From Gemmatimonadales bacterium (GTDB taxonomy: Bacteria; Gemmatimonadota; Gemmatimonadetes; Gemmatimonadales; GWC2-71-9), in NCBI GenBank assembly GCA_036566495.1, contig DATCWE010000049.1, positions 1 to 63,912 of the forward strand: 63,912 bases of DNA. The letters are read 5' to 3'. The position numbers were made by a program, and so were the translations under genes. This document shows positions 9,070-16,645 of the stretch, piece after piece (within the stretch, counting starts at the first letter, position 1; every line of letters starts with the position of its first letter). The notes under the pieces were generated by a model. That model saw only the letters and a list, made by a program, of their open reading frames with translations, had not been told where the DNA came from and ran no database searches.

Positions 9070-10452
9070 ATGCAGCTGTCGCTCAAAGAGGCTTGGATCC
9101 GTATCCTGGACGACGCCCGGCGCGAAGTCCCGGAAAAGGATTTTAAGGCGTGGGTCGAGCCGGCCAAACCGGTCGCACTCGAGAGCGACCGCCTTGTGCT
9201 GGGTGTGCCCGACGAATTCGCGGTGCAATGGAACGAGGCCAAGAACTCCGCACTCTTTGCCCGCCTCGCCGAGCGAGCGCTCGGCCGCCCGGTCTCCGTG
9301 GTGTTCCGCGTCGATGAAGAGCGGTTGCAGCGTCCCCAGATGGATTTCTTCGTGGCTCCGCCCGCCGTGAACGCGGGCAACCAGACCAATCCTTCGGCGC
9401 AACCCCTCAACGAGCGCTACACCTTCGAGAATTTCGTCATCGGCAAGTCCAATGAGCTGGCCGCCGCCGCCGCTCATGCCGTCGCCGAAGCGCCTGGCAA
9501 GCTCTACAACCCCCTGTTCATCTACGGAGCCACCGGACTCGGCAAGACCCATTTGATGCAGGCCATCGGGCACACCGTAGCCCGCCGGAGCCCGGCAGTG
9601 CGGGTACTCTACGTGGGTGCGGAGCAATTCATCAACGAAGTCATCGAGAGCATCCACTCCCGCACCATGCCGGAGCTCCGGCGGCGCTACCGCAACGACG
9701 TGGACCTCTTCCTGGTCGATGACGTGCACTTCCTGGAAGGCAAGGAAGCCACCCAGGAAGAGTTCTTCCACACGTTCAATACGCTCTACGAGGCCAAGCG
9801 GCAGATCGTCCTGACCTCCGACCGGCCACCCAAGGAGATGCCCGGCCTGGAAGCCCGGCTGGTCAGCCGATTCGAGTGGGGCATGGTCGCCGATGTCGGA
9901 CAGCCCGATCTCGAGCACCGGATCGCGATCCTGCGCAAGAAGCAGGAACAGGATCACCTCGAGACGACCATTCCTGATGAAGTCTTGAGTTTCATCGCCG
10001 AATACGTCCACTCGAACGTCCGGGAGCTCGAGGGCTGCATCATCAAGCTGCTGCTCTACGCCTCACTGCGGCACCGCGAAATCACCATCGACCTGGCTCG
10101 CGAAGCCCTGGCCGACAAGATCCGGCCTGGTCAAGAGGCGGCGAGCTCACAGCCAAAACTCAACCCCACGATCGACAAAGTGCAGGATGTGGTGGCGCGG
10201 CGCTGGGGGGTGACGCCGGAAGGCTTGCGTTCGAAGGCGCGCATCAAGACCCTCACGGTGCCGCGCCAGATCGCGATGTATCTCGCCCGTGAGGTACTGC
10301 AGATGCAGCTGGTCGAGATCGGTCAGGCGTTCGGCGGGCGCGACCACTCGACGGTGATCCATAGTGTGGACAAAGTGCAGCGACAATTGCAGCGCGATCG
10401 CCAGTTCCGCGAACGGGTTGAGTCTGCGCGCCAGGAGTTGTACGCACCGTAA
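9070..10452 (+). CDS. dnaA: chromosomal replication initiator protein DnaA
   Basis: AAA+ Walker [19 protein letters not shown], and C-terminal DNA-binding domain ([16 protein letters not shown]...[11 protein letters not shown]). Confidence 0.97.
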   Translation: MQLSLKEAWIRILDDARREVPEKDFKAWVEPAKPVALESDRLVLGVPDEFAVQWNEAKNSALFARLAERALGRPVSVVFRVDEERLQRPQMDFFVAPPAVNAGNQTNPSAQPLNERYTFENFVIGKSNELAAAAAHAVAEAPGKLYNPLFIYGATGLGKTHLMQAIGHTVARRSPAVRVLYVGAEQFINEVIESIHSRTMPELRRRYRNDVDLFLVDDVHFLEGKEATQEEFFHTFNTLYEAKRQIVLTSDRPPKEMPGLEARLVSRFEWGMVADVGQPDLEHRIAILRKKQEQDHLETTIPDEVLSFIAEYVHSNVRELEGCIIKLLLYASLRHREITIDLAREALADKIRPGQEAASSQPKLNPTIDKVQDVVARRWGVTPEGLRSKARIKTLTVPRQIAMYLAREVLQMQLVEIGQAFGGRDHSTVIHSVDKVQRQLQRDRQFRERVESARQELYAP

Positions 10453-10675
10453 TCGCGCCGGCGCATGCGCCTCCTGTGGAGGAGCGGGAAAATGGCGGGA
10501 CAACGCCTGGTCATCCCCATCACCCACACGCTGTGTACGCTGCTGAAGTGCTGGAGATCCTGACCGCGATGAGACTTGGGTATCGCGTCCACATTTCCAG
10601 AGCCTCTACTACGGCTACTAGGTATAAGTATATGTACGTAGTCTCTTCTTATTGGGCTTTGCGGGGAGTGCTCGG
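10453..10675. other. candidate oriC / DNA-unwinding region (dnaA-dnaN intergenic)
   Basis: 223-bp non-coding gap. It holds an unusually AT-rich core (about 10617-10655, ctaggtataagtatatgtacgtagtctcttcttatt) and weak DnaA-box-like words: TGTGGAGGA at 10475-10483 and TCCACA at 10588-10593. Confidence 0.4.
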
Positions 10676-11788
10676 ATGAAGTTCACGATCACGCGGGAAA
10701 AACTGCACGAGGGTCTCGGTGCCGTCGCGGCCAGTGTCCCGACTAAGACCACCCTTCCCGTGCTGGCCAACATTCTGGTGGAAGCCACCAAGGACGGTCT
10801 CAGCCTGTCGGGCACCGACCTCGATATCTCGGTCAGCACGACGGTCCCGGCGTCGGTCGACCAGGAGGGCGCAACCACGCTGCCGGCCCGCAAGCTGGTG
10901 GAGATCGTGAAGGAGCTGCCCAACGCCGCCATCCGCATGACCAGCTCGGGTGAGCAGCGGGTCCAGATCGAGTGCGGCCGCTCCAAGTTCAAGCTGCTCG
11001 GCCTGGCCCGCGAGGAGTTCCCCGCTTTTCCCAGCGTGAAATTCGAAGGGGGATGGAAGGTCGCCGCACGCGAACTCCAGAAGCTGATCGGCCACGTGGC
11101 GTTTGCCGCCAGTACCGAAGAAAGTCGGCCGATTCTGAACGGCGTTCTCTGGGAGCTGCGCCCCGATCGGATGCGCATGGTGGCCACCAATGGCCATCGC
11201 TTGGCGCGGATGGATGTCCCCGCCAGCGGTCAGAGCGGTGGACAGGCTGACCTGATCATCCCACCCAAGGCCCTGGAACAGATCCGCCGGCTCTTCGGGG
11301 GGGACGAGGAAATCGAGATCGGCAAGAGCGACAACCACCTCGGGTTTCGCTCGACCTCAACCCAGATCTACACCCGGTTGATCGAGGGACCCTACCCCAA
11401 CTATGAGCAGGTAATTCCGCGCGAAAACGATAAGTCGCTCACCGCGGACAAAGCCGCCCTCGCTGCCGCGCTCCGCCGCATGAGCATCGTGGCGAGTGAT
11501 CAAACCCACCGGATCCGCATGGCCTTTACCAACGGGGCCTGCAAACTCTCCGTGCAGACGCCCGACCTGGGTGAGGCGCAGGAAGAGCTGGCGGTGGCTT
11601 ATGAGGGGGACACGCTGGAGATAGGCTTCAATGCGGCGTATCTGCTGGAAATCCTGAAATACATGCCAACCGACGAAGTGCGGATGACCTTCAAAGCCCC
11701 CGAGCGCGCCGCCACCTGCGAGCCCGTGGGCTGGGACGATCCAGCCAGTTATCTCACCTTGGTAATGCCGCTGAGGCTGGTCGACTAA
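10676..11788 (+). CDS. dnaN: DNA polymerase III subunit beta (sliding clamp)
   Basis: Starts MKFTITREKL, has NILVEA...LSLSGTDLDIS and a C-terminal LVMPLRL. Follows dnaA. Confidence 0.95.
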   Translation: MKFTITREKLHEGLGAVAASVPTKTTLPVLANILVEATKDGLSLSGTDLDISVSTTVPASVDQEGATTLPARKLVEIVKELPNAAIRMTSSGEQRVQIECGRSKFKLLGLAREEFPAFPSVKFEGGWKVAARELQKLIGHVAFAASTEESRPILNGVLWELRPDRMRMVATNGHRLARMDVPASGQSGGQADLIIPPKALEQIRRLFGGDEEIEIGKSDNHLGFRSTSTQIYTRLIEGPYPNYEQVIPRENDKSLTADKAALAAALRRMSIVASDQTHRIRMAFTNGACKLSVQTPDLGEAQEELAVAYEGDTLEIGFNAAYLLEILKYMPTDEVRMTFKAPERAATCEPVGWDDPASYLTLVMPLRLVD

Positions 11789-12689
11789 GCAGAGTATCCA
11801 CCACGGTATCCGGCTTGACCTTCAGAGAATCGGGCAACGTATCGGGCGCTGCCTTGAGCGTATCAGGCAGGATATCCGGAATGTCGGGTACTGGCGGGAT
11901 CACCACGTCTTCTCCCCGTAACCGCCGCACGATCATGCTCTGCCGCCAGCGCATCCGCCCCGGTTTGTAACTTGGGTTGGAGCTGAGCGGGAAGGGGAGT
12001 GTGCCGGCCAGCGCGGCCGCCTCCTCCAGAGACAGCTTCGCCGCCCCATGACCGAAATACTTCCGGCTTGCCGCTTCTGCACCCCAGATCCCCGGACCCA
12101 GCTCGGCAACGTTCAGGTAGAGCTCGAGAATGCGGTCCTTCCCCAGCCAATACTCCAGCCGCCAGGCGGTGATCGCCTCCTTGAGCTTGCGCAGCGGATT
12201 GCGGGAGGGAGACAAGTAGAGATTCTTCGCCAGTTGCTGGGTGATGGTGCTCGCCCCCCGGATACGGCCGCGGCGCGCCCAGGCCGCTTGGAGCGCGCGC
12301 CAGAGTTGGGATCGATCACGTGGCTCCCGCCAGGAAAAGCTGTCGGGGCGGTATCCCAGCGCGTGCCGGAATTCCACGTAATCGATTCCCGAATGGTCGT
12401 AGAACCGCTGGTCTTCTCCCGCCAGCACGGCGCTCTTCAGAATCGGGGCGACCTTGCTCAGCGGTACCGGCAGGTACTGACGGGGGAGGCGCTGTGGGTC
12501 GTGCCTCCGCATGGCCATGAAAGCCGTCTCACGAGGCCATGCCCAGCGATACCACGCTGGGGGTGGCCAGACGAACCACAACCAGGCCCCCCCGCCGAGC
12601 AGCAGGAGCAGTGTGCCGCGTAGGAAGAGCCTTCCCCATGACCGTGACTTCCCTGCCCCGTTTTCCCCGCTCGATTCGGTGGCTGGCAC
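11754..12689 (-). CDS. mtgA: monofunctional peptidoglycan glycosyltransferase (GT51)
   Basis: EDQRFYDHSGID, GASTITQQLAKNL and RKLKEAITAWRLE motifs. GTG start. The C-terminal PDxL-repeat tail overlaps the dnaN 3' end. Confidence 0.85.
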   Translation of the reverse strand: MPATESSGENGAGKSRSWGRLFLRGTLLLLLGGGAWLWFVWPPPAWYRWAWPRETAFMAMRRHDPQRLPRQYLPVPLSKVAPILKSAVLAGEDQRFYDHSGIDYVEFRHALGYRPDSFSWREPRDRSQLWRALQAAWARRGRIRGASTITQQLAKNLYLSPSRNPLRKLKEAITAWRLEYWLGKDRILELYLNVAELGPGIWGAEAASRKYFGHGAAKLSLEEAAALAGTLPFPLSSNPSYKPGRMRWRQSMIVRRLRGEDVVIPPVPDIPDILPDTLKAAPDTLPDSLKVKPDTVVDTLLSRPASAALPR

Positions 12690-12703
12690 CGCCTGGTCTC
12701 TAG

Positions 12704-12721
12704 TCGTTGTAATTACAACTA
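12704..12721. promoter_or_regulatory. palindromic motif copy A (TCGTTGT-AATT-ACAACTA)
   Basis: 13/14 match to TAGTTGT-N4-ACAACTA. It lies in the 36-nt gap between the stop of the 12726-13535 gene and the mtgA GTG. Confidence 0.5.
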
Positions 12722-12725
12722 TCAG

Positions 12726-13535
12726 CTATGGTAGTACGGTCACACTCACGCTGCGCAGCACCTTCACCGGAATCGCGGTTGGTATCATCGCCGATTTCAG
12801 CGTCTGGTCGCTGGTCGAGTTTGAGGACCCACCCAAGTAGCGGCCGTCGGTCCCCACCAGGCTGGTGCTGGTTCCGGTGACCGTGCCCGCAACCTCCATC
12901 GTCCCGGCCTGGGGGTTTTCGATGGTGCCGGTGATGCTGGCGCGGCTGGCCGCGCTGAGCTTGAGCGCGGTGAGGCCGGAAACGCTCTCCTGGCCTCCCG
13001 CGGTGTAGTTGATCAGGAAGCTGCTCTTGACGTTCGAGCCGTTGGTCGTGTTGGTCACCTCCACCGTATCGGTCCAGCCCTCGCCCGACTTGGCGCCCGC
13101 CTTCACCTTGGGGAAGAAGCTGTGAATGACGCCCTGAATATCGGCCAGGAAAATGTTCGTGCTGGGCTGTTGCGTGAGATTCGTGACGCGGCCCTTGGAA
13201 TCGACCAAGCCGTGCAGTACACCGCCTTTCGCGCTGTCGGCGGAGAGCTGGGAAATCTGTGGGGCAGTGCCGTCGTATTTCATGGAGTCGACCACCAGAC
13301 GGAGGATGCGTCCCCCCGTCGTGTCGCTCATGGTCACCGCGACCCAGCTGGTCAGCCCGATATTGACCTGCTGAGGCGGCTGGTTGAAGGAACTCAGATC
13401 CACCGTCGTTTCGTTCTTGGTTTCGATCCGGTACTTCGTGGTCACCGGCGCGCTTCGCGGCGTCGGGAAGACGAGAATTCCGAAGGCCAACCCGGCGAGC
13501 GCCGTTGCACCCATCGACATGGTGTTTCCTCTCAT
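12726..13535 (-). CDS. hypothetical secreted protein (Thr/Ser/Gly/Asn-rich)
   Basis: Start chosen at MRGNTMSMGATALAGLAFGILVFP, which reads as a signal peptide. I recognise no family. Confidence 0.55.
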   Translation of the reverse strand: MRGNTMSMGATALAGLAFGILVFPTPRSAPVTTKYRIETKNETTVDLSSFNQPPQQVNIGLTSWVAVTMSDTTGGRILRLVVDSMKYDGTAPQISQLSADSAKGGVLHGLVDSKGRVTNLTQQPSTNIFLADIQGVIHSFFPKVKAGAKSGEGWTDTVEVTNTTNGSNVKSSFLINYTAGGQESVSGLTALKLSAASRASITGTIENPQAGTMEVAGTVTGTSTSLVGTDGRYLGGSSNSTSDQTLKSAMIPTAIPVKVLRSVSVTVLP

Positions 13536-13588
13536 GGTAAAAAGGGCTGGCACCCGCCAGCCCCGGGACGTGTTTGCGCTAGCCAGAA

Positions 13589-13617
13589 CCCCCGGCGTCA
13601 TGCGAAGACGCCGGGGG
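13589..13617 (-). terminator. GC-rich hairpin immediately 3' of RNase P RNA
   Basis: Perfect 11-bp inverted repeat: CCCCCGGCGTC (13589-13599), a 7-nt loop, then GACGCCGGGGG (13607-13617). The U-tail on the minus strand is weak (UUCUGG). Confidence 0.45.
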
Positions 13618-14038
13618 CACGGGTCGGAACGTAAGCCGAGTTCTGTTCCCTTCCCCTTGGCCTTGCGGCTCAGGATCGTGGGATGGTCATCTGTCTGGGA
13701 TGGCCGTCACCGGCCACCTCGAGCAGCCTACCCGCGGCTGGTCCCTTCGCTTTCGCTCCGGGCTGTACGGTGTGGGTCACACCTCGCCGCCTATTTGGCC
13801 TTGCTCCGACTGGGGGTTGCCGTGCCCCCTCGCTTACGCGCGGGGCGGTGGGCTCTTACCCCACCGTTTCACCCTTACCTCGCCTTGGCCTTCCGGCCTC
13901 CTCGAGGCGGTTTGTTTTCTGTGGCCCTATCCGTCGCCTTACGGCGCCCAGGCGTTACCTGGCAGTCTACCCGATGGAGCTCGGACTTTCCTCGGAGCCG
14001 TTTCTGCATGGCTCCGCGACCATCTCGTCCTACCCGTG
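13618..14038 (-). ncRNA. rnpB: RNase P RNA, bacterial type A (ends approximate)
   Basis: The minus strand contains the universally conserved GAGGAAAGUCCGAGCUCCAU, GCCAGGUAACGCCUGGG, CACAGAAAACAAACCGCC, GGUAAGGGUGAAACGGUGGGGUAAGAGCCCACC and ACAGAACUCGGCUUAC segments. The ends (CACGGGUAGGACG and CGUUCCGACCCGUG) can pair as P1. The ORFs in this interval look non-coding. Confidence 0.92.
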
Positions 14039-14185
14039 ACTGAAGAATAGACCCCCGTCAGGGCCTCAGCCAGGGTCGCGAGTTTTCGCTCCGGGGCGGC
14101 TGCGATTGCTTCGGTGTCTGGTTGAGCAGGGTTTGAGACCGAGGTCCCAATCTGGACCAAGAACTCAACCGGATCTGCGGAGCCA

Positions 14186-15049
14186 ATGCTCGCAACGCGC
14201 CAACCCCCCAACGCCGCCCCTACCGTCGCCGCGGTCCTGGCGCCCGGAGAGCGCGCCAGCCTCGACGCCGCGAGCATCGGCTGCTTTGCCGTGTTGCATC
14301 GCAGTTCCGTGCTGGAGGTCGTGCGGGCGGTTCGGGAGCGCGCGGTCGATGCCGTGCTGCTTTCGGTGCACCAGTGCGTCGACGTGCGCAGCGACGTCGT
14401 GGATCAGCTGGTTCGCAGCTTCCCCGGGGTGCCCACCGTGGCCCTGGTGACCCGGCATGATGCCGCGGCGTCGGAAACCCTGCTTCGCCTTGGCGCGACC
14501 GGCGTCCGCCAGGTGGTGGATGTCACCGCAGCCGCAGGATGGGCCCGGCTACGCCAGCTCATGGCCGAGCCGGCGACCCGCGGAGCGGCCCGGATCTTGG
14601 CGCCGGTGCTCGCCGCGTTGCCACGGCTGCCGGCCGATGCCCGTTTCTTTCTGGACCTATTGATTCGGCTTGCCCCCGAAACCCCTGCGGTGCGAGCGCT
14701 CGCGCTCCGCTTCCAGATCAAGCCCAGCACGTTGATGTCGCGCTTCTCACGGGCCGGGCTCCCCTCCCCCAAGGCATATCTCGCCGCCATCCGGCTGCTC
14801 TACGCCGCCCAGTACTTCGAGGGTGGAGGCCGCTCGGTCTCGGAAGTCGCCTATCGGCTCGAATGCTCTTCTCCCCAGAGCTTTGGGCGCACCCTCCGCG
14901 CCATGCTGGGCATAACACCGGGAGAATTCCGCCGGCGACTTCCCTTCCCTGCGGCACTGCAGCGCTTCCTGAACCAGTTGATCGTGCCCTACGAGGGAGT
15001 CTGGGCTTCCTTCCACCCCCTACACGGGGTCGCCCGGGACGCTTCCTAG
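14186..15049 (+). CDS. AraC family transcriptional regulator with N-terminal receiver-like domain
   Basis: C-terminal AraC HTH (SVSEVAYRLECSSPQSFGRTLRAMLGITPGEFRR). The N-terminal roughly 120 aa has a receiver-like alternating pattern. Confidence 0.75.
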   Translation: MLATRQPPNAAPTVAAVLAPGERASLDAASIGCFAVLHRSSVLEVVRAVRERAVDAVLLSVHQCVDVRSDVVDQLVRSFPGVPTVALVTRHDAAASETLLRLGATGVRQVVDVTAAAGWARLRQLMAEPATRGAARILAPVLAALPRLPADARFFLDLLIRLAPETPAVRALALRFQIKPSTLMSRFSRAGLPSPKAYLAAIRLLYAAQYFEGGGRSVSEVAYRLECSSPQSFGRTLRAMLGITPGEFRRRLPFPAALQRFLNQLIVPYEGVWASFHPLHGVARDAS

Positions 15050-15607
15050 ATTGCGAGCGGTGTCCACGCCGAGATCAACAATAGTTGTAAGGACAACTAC
15101 TTCAATTCCGGCGGCCTCTATGGTCGCCCGGCCCCCTTGCAGCCGATCGACCACTGCCAACGCGCCGAGGATGTGGCCTCCTTCGTCGCGGACGGCCGCA
15201 ACGGCCTCGAGGGCGGACGCTCCCGTGGTGAGTACGTCCTCCAGGATCACGACCGGATCGCCGCGGCTGAAATTGCCTTCGATGCGGCGGGCGGTGCCGT
15301 GGGACTTGGGCGCCTTGCGGACGCTGAAGGCCTGGATCTGGGGCGGACGGTCCACGCTGGCCCGGGCGATCGCAAAAGCCACCGGGTCGGCACCCATCGT
15401 GAGGCCGCCTACCGCCACCGGGGTCCAGCCGGCCTCGCGGATGGTCGCGAGACCGAGCCGGCCGACCAGAAGTTGACCCTGGGCGGACATGGTCGTCTTG
15501 CGCGCGTCGATGTAGTAGTGGGACCGTTGGCCGGAGGCCAACCGGAAGTCGCCCAAACTGACGGAGCGCTCGCGGAGGAGGGCCGCGAGCGACTCCCGGT
15601 CGCTCAC
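15020..15607 (-). CDS. pyrE: orotate phosphoribosyltransferase
   Basis: FRLASGQRSHYYID and the PRPP-binding VVILEDVLTTGAS. The GTG start at 15607 overlaps the kinase stop (GTGA). Confidence 0.88.
   Translation of the reverse strand: MSDRESLAALLRERSVSLGDFRLASGQRSHYYIDARKTTMSAQGQLLVGRLGLATIREAGWTPVAVGGLTMGADPVAFAIARASVDRPPQIQAFSVRKAPKSHGTARRIEGNFSRGDPVVILEDVLTTGASALEAVAAVRDEGGHILGALAVVDRLQGGRATIEAAGIEVVVLTTIVDLGVDTARNLGSVPGDPV
15082..15099. promoter_or_regulatory. palindromic motif copy B (TAGTTGT-AAGG-ACAACTA), perfect
   Basis: Perfect 7-4-7 inverted repeat inside the last 30 codons of pyrE, encoded by rare A/T-ending codons. It begins 32 nt after the AraC-family gene stop. Confidence 0.5.
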
Positions 15608-16512
15608 TCGGCTCCCCGGCGGAAGATCGAGGAGAAGAATCCGGCCTTCTTCGCGGCGGAAGCGGGATCTTCGCTGCTGGAGGCGCAGAATGCCCGCGCG
15701 AACTCTTCTACCGTCTTCCACCGCTTGGAAAGGTCCCGCTCGAGTCCGGTCATCACCGCTTGCTCGATCGGCTGGGAAAACTTCACGCCCTTGACCGCCT
15801 CATTGAGCGGCACCGCTGATTGGGTGAGCAGTTGCTGGAACAGCTCGCGCGGACTGCGGCCCGGGAAGGGAAGTACCCCGGTCAGCAGATGATAGGCGAT
15901 CGTGGCGAGGCTGTAGACATCCGCCTGCTCGCCCACCAGCTCGCCCGAGAGAGCCTCCGGTGCGACGTATTGCAGGGTGCCGACGAAGAATCCCGCGCGG
16001 GTCAGCCGCTCCGCAGGATTGTCCTCGGCATCGCGGGCGATGCCAAAATCGAGCAAGCGCGCGGTTTGAGTTTCTGGATCGTACATGATATTGGCCGGCT
16101 TGAGATCACGGTGAATGATCCCGGCCCGATGGGCCACTCCCAGCGCATGCCCCAGCTGTTCGATGATGTTTGCGACCACCGGGGGTGCCAGCCGCCCGGC
16201 GGCGGTGAGAAAACTGGCGAGGGGTTCCCCTTTCGCCCATTCCAGGGCCAGGTAATACAACCCCTCGGATTCGCCGAAGTCGTAGGTACGAATGATGTTG
16301 TCGTGCCGGACCCGAGCCCCGAATTCCGCCTCGCGAAGGAAGCGCTTGACCGCGATCGGGTCCTGAGCCATGCGCGGACGCAGGATTTTGATGGCGGCAG
16401 GTCCTCGCTCCGGATGCTCGGCGCGATACACTGTTGCGGTGCCACCCTCTCCGACGTGGGAGAGGAGTTTGTATCCGGCCACGGTCCGGCCGACGAGATT
16501 ATCTTGGCTCAT
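15604..16512 (-). CDS. Hanks-type serine/threonine protein kinase (soluble, no sensor domain)
   Basis: GEGGTATVYRA, AIKIL, HRDLKPANI, DFGIA and VAPE motifs. 302 aa with no TM segment. Confidence 0.9.
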   Translation of the reverse strand: MSQDNLVGRTVAGYKLLSHVGEGGTATVYRAEHPERGPAAIKILRPRMAQDPIAVKRFLREAEFGARVRHDNIIRTYDFGESEGLYYLALEWAKGEPLASFLTAAGRLAPPVVANIIEQLGHALGVAHRAGIIHRDLKPANIMYDPETQTARLLDFGIARDAEDNPAERLTRAGFFVGTLQYVAPEALSGELVGEQADVYSLATIAYHLLTGVLPFPGRSPRELFQQLLTQSAVPLNEAVKGVKFSQPIEQAVMTGLERDLSKRWKTVEEFARAFCASSSEDPASAAKKAGFFSSIFRRGAE

Positions 16513-16645
16513 GGGAGGCAGTCCAAGCTACAGCCGGGGCAGGGTGGTCACAAGCGCGCGTGTAGGACCCCCGGGGGTGAGGCGTCCCCTCTTCGAACAC
16601 CCGACCTTCCCGGCCCAGCTACGCCACCTTTTCCGCGGCCCTCGC

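Noticed and set aside
13384-14050. Three overlapping plus-strand ORFs (219, 118 and 116 aa), plus a minus-strand 112-aa ORF, in the 13.4-14.3 kb region.
   Set aside because: The interval is occupied by RNase P RNA on the minus strand, with conserved P4 and other motifs. The ORF translations are Pro/Arg/Ser-rich nonsense.
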